Source of the DNA: Camelus dromedarius
Lineage: Eukaryota
Length of the DNA stretch: 64,000 bases
Reading direction: 5' to 3'
Assembly: GCF_036321535.1 (NCBI RefSeq)
Contig: NC_087437.1
Location: 57,972,001-58,036,000, forward strand
Shown here one piece after another: positions 13,647-26,469 of this stretch. How positions within the stretch are numbered: position 1 is the first letter of the stretch; each line of letters starts with the position of its first letter. The notes beneath the pieces are model-generated. The model ran no database searches and was not told the DNA's origin. It saw only the letters and a list, made by a program, of their open reading frames with translations. The translations under genes were made by a program, and so were the position numbers.

Positions 13647-14238
13647 AGACAAGAAGATCAATAGCACAGAACAGAGATCCCAGAAGTAGACTCACAAAAA
13701 TATACTCAACTGATCTTTGACAAAGGAGTAAAAGCAATACAACCAAGACAGCCTTTCAACAAATGGTGTTGGAAAAACTAGACATCCACATGCAAAAAAA
13801 TGAATCTAGACACAGACAATACATCCTTCACAAAAAGTAACTCAAAATGGATCACAGACTTAAATATTAAATGCAAACCTGTAACAATCCCAGAGGGTAA
13901 TATAGAGAAAATCTTGAGTTCGACATTTTTTAAATACGACACCAAAAACATTATGAAAGAAAAGAACTAATGAGCTAGAGATCATTAAAATTCATTTCTT
14001 TCTGCTCTATGAAAGACACTGGTTAGACAATGAAAAGACAAGCCACAAACCGGGAGAGCATATTTGCAAGAGTCGTATCTGATAAAGGATTGTTATCCAA
14101 AATATACAAAGAACACTAAAACTCAACAGTAACAAACTGATTGAAAAATGGGCCAAGAACCTTAACAGACTACACCAAAGAAGATATACCAATGAGAAAT
14201 AAAGATATGAAAAGATGTTCTACATCGTATGTGATCAA
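13647..14238 (+). mobile_element. L1 ORF2 fragment, inverted relative to the adjoining L1 3' segment
   Basis: caactgatctttgacaaagga...ttcaacaaatggtgttggaaaaact...aaaatgggccaaga...atgaaaagatgttc. Confidence 0.85.
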
Positions 14239-17200
14239 ATGTGATACTTTTTATTTTAAAAAAAAGTATTAGCTTGTTCCATTTCCAACAACAGGTTGAG
14301 ATGATTATTAGATTTCTTAGTAACAATTATAACAAATTAATATTCGATCTTACATTTTAAAGTTAATCTGTTAGAGATACTTATTTTACTTGTAAAATGA
14401 CTATTTATTGGGAACAGCATCTCAGATGTGTTTTCATTCTAAGAATACAGTTTTGGTACTTGTTGAGTTAATTAAGGAAAATTGGTGAGGTCATAGCAGA
14501 TTAATTATCACAGTTTTTGAGCAGTCACTGTACAAGCTCCCATGATAAACAATTTATGGTTTTAAATAAATAGTTTTCTACAAGTATCTTACCAAATACA
14601 TTTAATTATAAATATCATCTCAAATGTATAAGCCAACCCTCTTTGGAACTATTAAAATAAAATTTTTAATATTATAGGAAAGTTTCTATCTCCGTTTTAG
14701 TAAAGTAATTGAGATACAGATTCTTATTTTTTCAATGACACAGGTAAGTATGCATTTACTTTAATTTTGTGATAAATGATGATATGTAAACATTTACCAG
14801 CCTTTTCCTTTGTCTATTTAAACATAAGCTAGTAATTATTCCATCTCCCCTCTCAAAAGCACTTGTGTCAACAGCTTATCAGGTTCTCAAATTTCCTGCT
14901 TTAAAAAAAAGAAATACAGCCTCAGGCTTCAATTCTCATTTTAATCCATACCAACTCAAATATATTTTAAGATTTATAAAAATTTATTTCTACAAAACCA
15001 TAGAATTTTACCATAACTTTTTTTGGGCTAGAGAACAACTAACCCAAATCCCTTAATTTTACAGATGGAGAAAACGATACTGGAAAATGGAAAAATCTGC
15101 CAAAAATCAGAGCAAAGTAGCACCAGAGTTAGACTTGGGAATTCCAGGCTCTCCTGATTCCCACACCAGTGAGTCCTGACCTTCCAGACTTCTTTAAAGT
15201 CATGTTCCATTAGGCAAAATAGAGCTGAGTGGGATAGGCAACTACTGTTTTCATCAGAATATACTAGATTCACCGGCCGCTAGATTTTTAAAAGTGATAT
15301 AAACTCTGTCCTCAAGAGAATGTAATCCGCCAGAAGAGCCCAGGGAGACATGTGCAAAAGACAAAAAGCAATTTATTTCTATTCAGAATAACAGAACCGG
15401 TGCACGTAATCCTAAGAAATACACCTGCATGAGCACTCCTGCCCGTTTCTATCCCTCCTCAAAAGTTGAGAAGTCTTTTCATAAATACCACACACAGAAG
15501 AGGACAGCTGTACTGGATACAATTTAGAAAAAGAGGAAAGGCACGAGGAAATAGTAGTTCTAACAGTCTAGAAAAGACAAAGCTGGGCCACAGATACTGA
15601 AAACATTGTGATGGTCCTATAATAAAGGACACTGTGGAGAAAAGATGTGACAGTATGACACCTTTAGCATGTCTCACATATGTAATTTGACCCACATTTA
15701 TGACAATCATTTAAAATGTTTTCCTAAGTACAGCAAGAGACACAAATTTTGATATCTTTACTTCCTTGGGCTTGATCTTGTATCTTTTTATAATAAGTAA
15801 CTATGCTAAATGAGATGGCAATATTTCAGACCATTTCAGCCCTTGTAGGTCACAATTAGCAGCTTAGTTTGTACAGACTGTAAGAACTAACTTGCCTGGC
15901 TTTTATAGACAGTGAGGCCAGGGGAGTGGCGGGCATTCCTATCAAGAATTGAATCAGGCAAGAACGATGCATAGGCATCAGCAAAGACATTATTTAAAAT
16001 GTTAGGAGAATAACAGAAGAAAGAAAAGGAAACTGTATGTAGATCAATTTGGGTGATTAAGCTTTTCATCTTCAGACAACATCAGGTTCTTTGTAACGAA
16101 ACTCTTGCCTGTTTGCACGTTTTATTCTATTTTAACGTCAAACTGCAATAGTTCTAATACATCTTAACAATAATTGTTGCTGCAGCTGAGACTTACTGAC
16201 CTGCAGGAGGCCATGCAAAAAGGAAACCCAATAGGTTGCTCAGTTCTCCATGGATGACAAAACAAGTTCACAGCAGATCTACCAGTCCACTAGGAGAAGA
16301 AAACGTTCAAAACAATTCCTATCGCGTGCAACCTGGGTGACTTAATAAGCAATACCTAAAATACTAAAAATGCAGCAATTTTCTGGTTTTTATAAGCCAA
16401 GTATAAAGAATTAAATCACATGGCCTAAAGACTGTTCTCCAGGGAACCAAAAAAAAAAAAAAAAAAAGTCAAGGTAAGTGTCTTAACTCATCTCACTCAG
16501 ATCACGCTTTCTTCCTTCTGTGCGTAGGCGCAGGTGGCTTTGCGTACCTTGGTACCCCCAGCTGGTGATAGTATCTGTATGGCACTCTCAAGGAAAGCGA
16601 GTTCTTCTGGGGATTCTCTAGAGGGTTTGGTTAAAAAAAAATCGTTAGATTTTTCTCTTTAATATATAAGAAAAATAAAGTCACATAGTAGGTGGAGATA
16701 TTAAATTTGATAAAATTTATGAATAAATCATTTTCAAAAATTTGAAGAGAAAGTTGAAATTTTGCCAACGGCAAAACTTGTCGATAAAATTTCTAACTCA
16801 GGTTTTCTTCTTGAAATGGCTGGTTCCTGACAACACTTCTCAGTGATGAGTTCTTCCAATTCTCAACTGTCATTGTCGACGAGAAACCATTTGCAAAAGT
16901 AGGTAATAAAAATTTTTAAAGCCACTTTTTTTTTTTACAACCATCTGAATACTTAACTGCTAACTTACATTTAAAGAATCTAGTAACTTTTCCTTAGCTT
17001 TTATTAACAGATGCAATGGTGAATTCCCACGTGACTTGTAAGCTGAATGCAATAAATTTTTTTCGTATCAAGTATTTCAAAATAGTGACAACGCTTTACT
17101 TTGCAGATGGTACTTGCACTGTTAGAACAGTCCCCCGGAGCTAGTTCAGACTCTGCTACGAGGGTACACAGGCCACAAAAGTATCCCACACTAGTAAAGA

Positions 17201-20200
17201 CAGAGTTGAAGAGCGTTATCACCAGGAGCCCACAGTTAGCCTTCCACCAACCCTTACTGGCTGCGCCTTGAGCTACGTCTGCGATGCTTTTTGGTCCACT
17301 GGAACAGGAAGTCCTGCATCATCGCATGTCTCTTTGCCAAAGTGGTCAGCCGCACTCTGGAGCTGGCAGCTGAGATAGAAATCCAGGTGGAAGAGCGCCT
17401 CCTTGGACACTCAGCAGTCTCTTGCTACAGCAGAAAAGGTTAACTTTTATTCTCCAAGTTTGTGGGTACCACGGGGCATACACTCAAACTCTTCTCCAGT
17501 CATACACCCCTCTTAGGAGCCTCAGGCAACCAGCTTATTGCTGCAGAACCTCATCAGTTGTAAATTGATTGGTTTCTCACTGCACGTGCATTAAACCATT
17601 CCCAGGACACTCGCTGGGAAGCTCTGCTTTATTTAGAGACCAATTAGCATGTCTCTGTGACTTTCTTTCACAGGTTTCAATGTTCCCAAACTTTTTTAGG
17701 CAAGAGCCAGAGAGCAGCAAATTTAGGACTAGGAACTCTCACCAATGTCTTTGTTGTGCTATAGTCTGACTGGTTGATGACTCCACTCACCCATTTATTT
17801 GACAACCACTGACCTAGTGCTTATTCTGTCCAGGCACTACTGTTAGTCTAAATATTGTTGCAAATGGCATTGAGGAGAGGTTGTGGGAGCCTTCACTTGG
17901 GCAGCGGGAGTCTAGAATCTTAACTCCAGACTAAGGCAATTTTTCTATCCCTATCTCACATCACATCAAGTGACGAACGAGCTACCTAGCGAGGACCCAC
18001 ACTTTTTGTAGGATGTGTGTCACCACTCCACTAGCTGATTTTTAAGACCTGTAGTTTTCTGGATGTCTTACATATCAATACTAAGTGAGGGGAAGCACCT
18101 AAGTGTCATGGCATCTTAAAAACCTGCATCTTTTAATACTTAAATCCTAGAGCTTCGTGATACCCTGACCTCACAAAGAGAAGCTGCACGAGGAATAATG
18201 AATAAAGGTTGCATGATGAGTTGACCTATTTTATCTTTCCTGATAACGTCCCGTCTCCCCACCCCCGTGTCCTAGCCTTGTGGTGCTGTAGCCAAGGGAG
18301 GGCTCATATGGCTTATTTCCCTTGGGGCTTTTGGGCTTCAACCAAATAAAACCCCCCAATTTACCACAAATCAAGTTGGTCTTCATTCTCTTAAGAACCC
18401 CAAAGATCCATGAAATATTGATGAACGGGGTTCCTGGATCTTTGAAGATATCTTCAGAGTATATTAGCAGAGATGTCATGCTTTCGAGGGCAGATGCACA
18501 GATGGCAAAGGTGATGGTCCTGTCTTCCCCACATCCTCATGTGGACATTATGCTACAGCTCAACCCAACAGCTCACCACCGCCCAGATGTGCAGTATACA
18601 CTTCAACCTCTCCCTGCTCCTTCTCTCACTACTCATTCTCCAAGACCTGACGACAATGTCACCCACATGTGAAGCCCTCCTCACCACCACTCCACCACTC
18701 CTGTAGTCCCTGTTCCTGAAATCCTACAGCACTTTGTGCATTTCTTCAAGGCACTTAACACATAGTACTTTTGTTTATGTGTCTTAGTACCTCACTGAGT
18801 AGAGAACTCCTCATTCTACCTCTCAAGGAGCTGTCCCAGGTCAGGTGCTCAGGAATCATTGGCTGAAAATGTAAACATTACCTTCTCTTTAACTGCCACA
18901 AACCCAGCTCTCATTTCTAGTTCAGTTACAGTTCTGCCTCCAGAGCATATCTGTACATATTTTCTTGATCCTGACACTTTTCTGCTCTTGTTTTCTAGTC
19001 TTCCTCTCAGCCTGGGGCTTCCCCCTCAGTCCCAGGACTCCTTCAGATTCCTCCAGAAACTGCCAAGGAGATGGCAACTGCTACTCTGCTGCCCCCTACA
19101 GGTGCTTGGCCATCACAGACAGGCTTTGCTCTACTGGTGATGTAATGGGTCCCATTAGAGAAGCATCCAAGCTACTGATGGCTCCATGAGAAAGCATGAT
19201 GTTTGTCTCTGTGAACAATTGGAAGCAATAAATAGAACACTAAGTCAAGCCTCAGTGTTGAAACTGTTTTCCATAATATGGAGCTATTCTCCAAGCATCT
19301 CGCACTCTGTGGACAGTATTGAGATATTGGTGTCAACTGAGCTTCCTCACTATCTGGACATTTCCTTTCTGGTTAACCGTCAACATTTTCAAATAATTTC
19401 TCCAAAATGTTTGATCCCAGAAGAAGCATAAATTATAAAACACTAGATTAGTCTTTTAACCCTCCTAAGACCTTAGTTCTTCTATTCCTGTTAGCCGAAA
19501 AAAATCACATAAAGTTACATGTAAAGAATCTTAATTGCTGGGTATCCTTTCTAATAAGCTTCTCCACCATACAGTGCCTATAAAGTGCTCTTCAAGTCTC
19601 TAATGAAAGTAACCTCTGCACCGAAATGCAAAATATTTTCTATATTATTGTAATGGGGACTAGCTTTCAGTAAATGCGTTCCAACAACCGTCACAGAAAG
19701 AGCAGAAACCAAGGAATTGAGTACAGAGTGGAGATATTTATGTGTTACTAGAGCTTCACAATAAAGCCTGCAAAGAACAAGTTGAATAGCATTTGTAATA
19801 TTTAGAGATCCAGACCTGACAAATATTTACCCTTATTCTACTCCTAAATTTGATGTTATTTAAATTAAATAAGTGTACGTAGCAGTCACTGATGAAAACA
19901 TATGTACAGGAAAACATTCTTAAATCATTGGTCAAATCCAAGATTATGGGTTTTTTCTATTAAAATGAGAATATTGCAAAATCATAATTCATAAAAACCC
20001 ATCTCTTGCCTCCAAAGAAATTCATGTATTAATAAATGTCAGTGAGCTGACGGAAGAGTATATGTGAAAGAACACACGTAAGAAACACAGCAAGAACCTG
20101 AACACCGCATACACCTCCTTTGTAGAAGCACTTGCCAGGGCCAGGTGAGGGAAACCCAAGACATTTAAAAATGAACGGAATTTGGCCGGCCACATCAATA

Positions 20201-20976
20201 CAAAGCAATTGTAAGAATAAAACAGAAATGAAGACAGAAATGAAGAATGAAAATTATTTAGCTAATGAAAACTGTCCACAAAACAACAATCACAAAGAAA
20301 ACTCATCAGAATGTTTTGATATGAGTTCAGATTAAACAAGAATTTGCAGATATGAAAGAGCATTTCAATTCAGAAATTTTAAAACCCAGAATAGAAGTAA
20401 ACCAAGAAACAGGAGACTGTGAAACAAAGACGATTTTCGAAGCTAGGAGAGATCAGAAAAGACAAAATCTTCTCAAATTAACATATTACAAGATCCCCAA
20501 AGGATTACATTTAACTGAAAACGTAATAGGAAAATCGTAACTGGACAATTAGATTTTAAAAAACAATACCTTTTACAACAGCATCAAAAAAAAAGTCTAA
20601 TATCTAGGAATAAATCTAATAAAATAAGTGCAAGATCTCTAATTAAAACTATCAAATATGGCTGAGAGAAATTAAAGATGACCTCATAAATGCAGAGCTA
20701 AACCATATTTATAGATTGAAAGATGGAGTATTTTTAACTGTATCTTCTCCTTAAATGATTAAATATCCTTCTCCACAGATTAATTTGTAGATTCAACACC
20801 ATCCCGATCAATCCCAGTAAGTTTTCTGTGTGTGTATGAAAACTGATAAAAGATTCCCCAATTTATATGGACATGCATAAAACCTAGAATAGGTTTTGAA
20901 GAACAAATTGCAAAGTCTTACATCTCCAGGTTTCATGACTTACTTTAAAGCCACAGTAATTCAGACAGTGTAGTAT

Positions 20977-21610
20977 TGTCACTCAGGGGAGGAACCTGAG
21001 GGTCCTTCGTCCACACACGAACTCTCTATAAAGCACAAGTGTACTTGTCTTAGGCAAGGAGGCAAGGGAACCTCCCCGCCTCATTTCAAATAAAAGCCTC
21101 CCTCCAGGCAAATTTGCAGAAACCCAAAACTGAATGTATATTTCACCTGTGTTTACATGACAGGAACAAGAGGCCTTCACTACAAGGAACTGGTATAAGC
21201 TGGCTGAACTCCGTAACTGGCACAAAGGTTGTTCTCCAGCTCACTACCATCTCATTGCAGTAAGATCTCCCAGGCCTGCATCTTAGTGGTTGTACCCGCT
21301 TCCAAACCAGACACCAAAGGCCCACACGAGGACAGAAAAGAAGCGTGAACTGCACCCCAGAAACCTGCCACTCATTTCCACGAATCAGGATGACAAAAGA
21401 CCCCCTCCCTCCCTATAATCTCCACCATTTTCTACAAAAAGCTCGTCCCCGCTTGTAATCAGGGAGAAGGTGCTTTCCGAGCATGAGCTCCTCCTTCTCC
21501 AGTCCTTGGCCGACAAATAAAGTTCCTGGTGCTGCTACAAAAAGTGATTTCACCTGACTGATGCAAACAGTAACTGGGTAGGGAAAAAAATGAACAAAGG
21601 TTAGGTAACA
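20977..21610 (+). mobile_element. Solo LTR, ERV1-like (634 bp)
   Basis: TGtcactc...ggtaaCA ends; 4-bp target-site duplication gtat/gcat; AATAAA at 21516-21521. It splits contiguous L1 ORF2 sequence (cagtgtagtat|tgggcataagaataga). Confidence 0.8.
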
Positions 21611-22913
21611 GCATTGGGCATAAGAATAGAGCAATCAACATAAAAGAGAATAAAGTATACAGAAATGTGTGTGTGTGTGTAGTAACTTGGTTTTCAACAA
21701 AAGTACCTTTGCAATTCAGAGGAGACAGGATGATCCTTTAATAAATGGTACTGGGTCAATTGGATAGTCCTGGATAGTCATATGCAAAAAAAAATAAATA
21801 AACTTTAACCCCCTACCTCACATGCAAATTTTAATTTGAGATATATTATAAAGCTAAATGGTAAATGATGAAACAATGAAGCTTCTAAAATAAACAAAAG
21901 AGAATATTTTTATGACATTTTGAATAGGTGAAGATTTAATAGGACCCAAGTAACAATAATAATAAAAGAAAAGAACAAGAGAAATCGGACTTTGCGACAA
22001 TTAAGGTTCTGCTTATCAAAGACATTATTTGGAGAGTGAAAAGACAAGACATATACTGAGAAAGATGTTTACATTTATATGGTAAAGGACTTGGTTTTGA
22101 CATACATAGAATAATTACAAATAAGAAAAACCAAAAAACCCAATTTCAAAAATGGGAAAATAAACAGGCAGCTTACCAAAAGAACGATACACAAATATCC
22201 AATCAGCATAAGAAAAAATTATTCATCATTATTAGAAAATGAAAATTAAAATGGCAACGAGATACCAATATACACCCACCAGAATGACCACAAATAAAAA
22301 GGCTTAGCAATACCACGTGCTGGCAAAGACGTGGAAAAACTGGAAATCTCACACATTGCTAGTGGAAGTATAAATTGGCCAAACCTTTAGATAACTGTTT
22401 GAAATTATCTACTGTCACCTGAATCAGAAATTCTACTCCTAGATAAAGCCGAGAGGAACAAGTATATAGGGCCAATAAAAAGACTTGTACAAGATATGCA
22501 GAGGAACTTTATTCCCAACCATTAAAAACTGTTAAAAATTAGCAAAATTTGGAAACAACCCTAATGTTTCCAGATGGATTGCAAACATAAATTCGAGAAG
22601 AAAAGCTATAAACTCTTTAGAAGATAATATAGAAGAATGGCTTCAACCAGGTCAAAGAAATTTCTAAACAGAATGAAAAGATTGATAATTTTTTATTAAT
22701 ACACAGTTAAGAACTTTAACTTATCAAAATATCATTACAGAGATGAAAAGGCAAGTCACAGAGCAGAAGATATTTCAAACATTTACAACTAACAATTCTA
22801 GTCCAAGGTTTATGTCCAAAAGAAATGTGTGCATATGAGTATGAGGAACCATGGAAGAATGTTTGTAACAGTATTATTCATAATAGCTAAAAACTAGGAA
22901 CAAGTCAAATATT

Positions 22914-23429
22914 TCTTACCGAAACTGGTCCATTTTGCTCGATGCGCAGCAAGCCAAAACGCTGAGCCGCGGAGGTTTGCAGCAAGGAGAGGGCTTCCCA
23001 ACGCAGCCAGGCGAGGAGACCGGTTTCAGCTGGCAGGGAAGGCTCGGAGCTCCGGGTATTTACGGGATAAAGAAGCAGGGTGGTCGGAGGCTTGGGGAGC
23101 ACGGAGAAGTAAGATTGGGTGGTGAGATAACAGTCCTTCTGCGCATGTATAACTAAGCAACATGTCTAAGCAAGGGCGCCAAGCGGGCTCTCGCGCATGC
23201 CCAGTTGTTGGGTCGCTGGTCCTATCTAGTCTTAACCAGCTCAGCTCCAACTAGACACAGCCGACTCCAAGTTCCCGGACAGCAACTCGGGCAAACATTG
23301 TATTGTTTAGGGGTCATGCCCCTCTGAGGACCTGCAAGATTTTTTTGTAGCAACAATTAAAACGACTTTGATTAGTGAAGGCAGGTTACAGGGGGAAAGG
23401 ATTTAACTAATGATTACCCCCAGTTTTCA
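22914..23429 (-). mobile_element. CpG-rich solo LTR, ERV1-like (516 bp)
   Basis: Minus strand reads TGaaaactggggg...ccagtttcggtaaGA (terminal CA mutated). 4-bp target-site duplication tatt/tatc; GC/CpG-rich island within AT-rich L1. Confidence 0.78.
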
Positions 23430-24450
23430 TATCACAGCAATAAATAGTTAAATAGTGGTGTATTCATGTAAGAATGTCAGATAGTATTGGAAATTAACAA
23501 ATGACAGCGCATGAATCTCACAGAGTGGAGGAAATCGAACACAAAAGAATGATTCCATTTAATGAAAATTCGAGAAAAAAAAAAGTCAAACTAAACTACA
23601 GCATCTGAAGGTACAGTGGCATAAAGAAAAGCTATAAAGAAAGGCAAAGTAGTGACTGTTATAAAATTTGGGAAAGTTACGTTTGTTGGGGCAAAAGGGG
23701 GGTTGTAATCGGGAAGAAGTTTACATAGGTTTCCAGGGCGCTGGCAATGTTCTAGTTCTTGATTTGGATGCTAGTTAAATGGGTATTCAGTTTTCTAAAC
23801 ATTTGTTAAGATTAGATTATATACTTACATTTTCTGTACTTTTCTGAATGGTATTACATTTCACCAAAAAAGGGTGTGAAAAACCTCTATTTTCATTATC
23901 TGCCCATAATTACATGCTTACTCTTGGAAATATTATCTCAATCACTTAATGACTCTAAACCCAAAGATAGGAAATAATTTTAAAGTTCTCCTTTCATTAT
24001 AAAATACAAAATAGGACAGAAAATTTTATCTTCATAATATAAAATTACCTCTTCCTATTATTATTGTTACACAGCCCATTTCTCTCTTTCTCAGGAAGAA
24101 AAAAATACAAATAACAAATTGGGATAAAACTGGACAAAGCTGGAAGGTTAGCAAGATAAAACAAGATGTCTTCCTGAAGAAGCAGCTCCTCTAATTTTGT
24201 CAGGCACCACGTGCTGAGTTGGAAGGTGGACACAATGGCTCTTTCCAGGTCCTCGTGGAAAAGTAGGGACAGGAGACATTGCCAGCCACAGAGGAAGAAC
24301 TATCCAGTTACACGATCATTCAAAAGGATATTTAGTCACTACAGAATTTAGGACCAAACACTCAGATCATTACTCTCTGTAGTAGAAACTATGTAAATTA
24401 AAAGTTACTTTCTTCACAAACCTTTGGAATGTGGAGACTGCATCTCTGCC

Positions 24451-24834
24451 TATTGATTCAGATTGGCCCCTGTACACAGAACGCAGGGAGAGATAGAAGA
24501 AAGAGGCAGACCACTCCAGACTGGGTGGCAGTTTTAATAAGTAAAGGAACTTAATTATGAGGCTTGTCAAGAGGAATAGATTCCACACCCGCCTGCCAGA
24601 ATCTTAAAAGTTTATATAGAGACCTTAATGGGGTTCAGTTATGTATTCAGTCCAGATGGTCTCAACAACACACCACTCTCTCAGGGCTGTGTCCTTGAAA
24701 ATGACTCCCACTGTGGGAATGGTGGGCAGAACGTATATCCCAAAGGTAGGGGAGGGAGTGAGGGGCCTCTGATTGCCCAGGTCAAGCTCACTGGTCAACT
24801 AGCAATCACCTCCTTTTGATGACCTCCTCCAACA
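24451..24834 (-). mobile_element. Solo LTR (family shared with 31354-31839), inserted in a MIR-like element
   Basis: Minus strand reads TGttggaggaggtcatc...tatataaac...attaaa...ggggccaatctgaatcaaTA; 5-bp target-site duplication ctgcc/atgcc. Confidence 0.75.
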
Positions 24835-25539
24835 ATGCCTTCAAGCCACCACTCGTTAGCTGTGCAGACTAGGAGAAATCATTCTCTTGAAGCCTTGGTT
24901 CTGTCAATTGTGAAATGAAGGGAACAGTCTTTACCCTAACTATCCCATAGGATATTCTGAAAAGAAAATGAAAAAATAATTGTGAATTCATCTTATACGT
25001 AGCAAAAAGATAAACACATGCAAGCTTTATAAGCTCTAAAAAGGTGTTTTCACATGGCTGGAGTGGGTGGTGGTAAATCGACGTGGGGTTTCTTCAGACA
25101 ATTCAAACACTAACCCCATGAATCATTGGCATTAATAATACTGCATAATATCCCTTGGGTATGCTGGGTTGGAATAGAGATAAGACTGACAAATGCTGTT
25201 CTAGAAGTGATAGTGAGGACTCAAACGGAAGCTGATCAATGACTCATTTGAAGATGATAGCAGTCAACCTTACAGCATTAGTTTAAGTAGTGATAACATC
25301 AAAAGAAGGACTTGTCAAAAGAACTTAAACTCAGATTACTTTGCCAGTTTAATCATTATTTAATACCTAAATATTTGCCAGTTTATTTCGTTAAAATAAA
25401 TTCCTGAGAAACTAGGAAGCAAAGAACATGTCTTCTTTAGTATCCCCAGTACAGCACGGTGGCTGGCATATGATGTTTATTAAATGACTGAATTAAGCGG
25501 ATGGTTTTGTCTTTCTTATGCCTTATAAAATCTATTAAA

Positions 25540-26410
25540 AACTTTTTAAAATGCAAATGTAGCCCTCCCACAACATGGCATCAGTCCTAGTTGTTTTTAA
25601 TGGAATTTCTTTAAATATTCAAGAAAGAGATAATTAATGGATTATTAACCCATTAAATGGATTTTTAATGGCAATCTTCCCAGTGAATTTCACAAGGCCA
25701 GTCTTACCTTGTATTAAATTTTTTGCTAGAGCTGTAGTCACTATTAAGAAACTACATAATGGACTAAGAGTGCAAATCACACTTGCAGTAATGGAATCCA
25801 TGAAGAAAGTCAGGAAACTTTACTGATATACTGACATAATGGAAATGAATTCCATGTTTCTGACAGGGACCTCAAGAGTGCTAAATATCAATTAATCAAT
25901 TTAATAAAATGCCTCAAAAGTCGCTGGAATAGCTAAGACAAATTTTGGAAAAATAAACAGAAATAAACAGACTCATATACTAAAACATATATTCAAGATA
26001 CAGTAATTAAGCCACTGGAGCTGAGACAGAAACAGAATGACAGATGATTGGAAGAAAATAGTACATTGAGCTCCAGAAAGTCTACATGAGAATTTAATAC
26101 ATTTTGTGGCATTACATAACAGTGGGGAAAAGACAGATATAAACAAGTGATAGGAGGTAAACAGACCAACCAGTCATGAAAATAATTAAATTAAACATTT
26201 AAGATAACCTTACACAAAACAAACTCCAATAGGATTAGGGAATTACATATTCTTTAAATATACAAAATAAAACTCAAAAAGGAACTGAACATTCTTATAA
26301 TCAAAGGCCTTCCCAAGAATAACTTTAAAATTAGTAATCATAAATGAAAAGACTGGTAGTTTTTTGGTAAAGAAAAAGTCAAGACTTTTGTATACTTAAA
26401 AAAAAATCAA
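25540..26410 (+). mobile_element. Highly degenerate L1 ORF2 remnant
   Basis: gaatagctaagacaaattttg...caagatacagtaattaag...cagtggggaaaagac. Confidence 0.55.
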
Positions 26411-26469
26411 CAGCAGCTAAAGAGTTGTAAAATGGTGAGATAACAATCTCGTAGCTAACTTTTTAAAAT

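Larger units (their letters stand above)
20050..23880 (+). mobile_element. Old fragmented L1 (ORF1/ORF2/3'UTR remnants) interrupted by two solo LTRs
   Basis: tatctaggaataaatctaa, aaagccacagtaattcagacagtg, aataaatggtactggg, cacacattgctagtggaagtataaattgg and ggaaacaaccctaatgt are L1 ORF2 hallmarks. Confidence 0.75.

Noticed and set aside
20977..23429. Possible provirus between two LTRs
   Set aside because: The LTRs are unrelated, face opposite directions and each has its own duplication; the sequence between them is L1.
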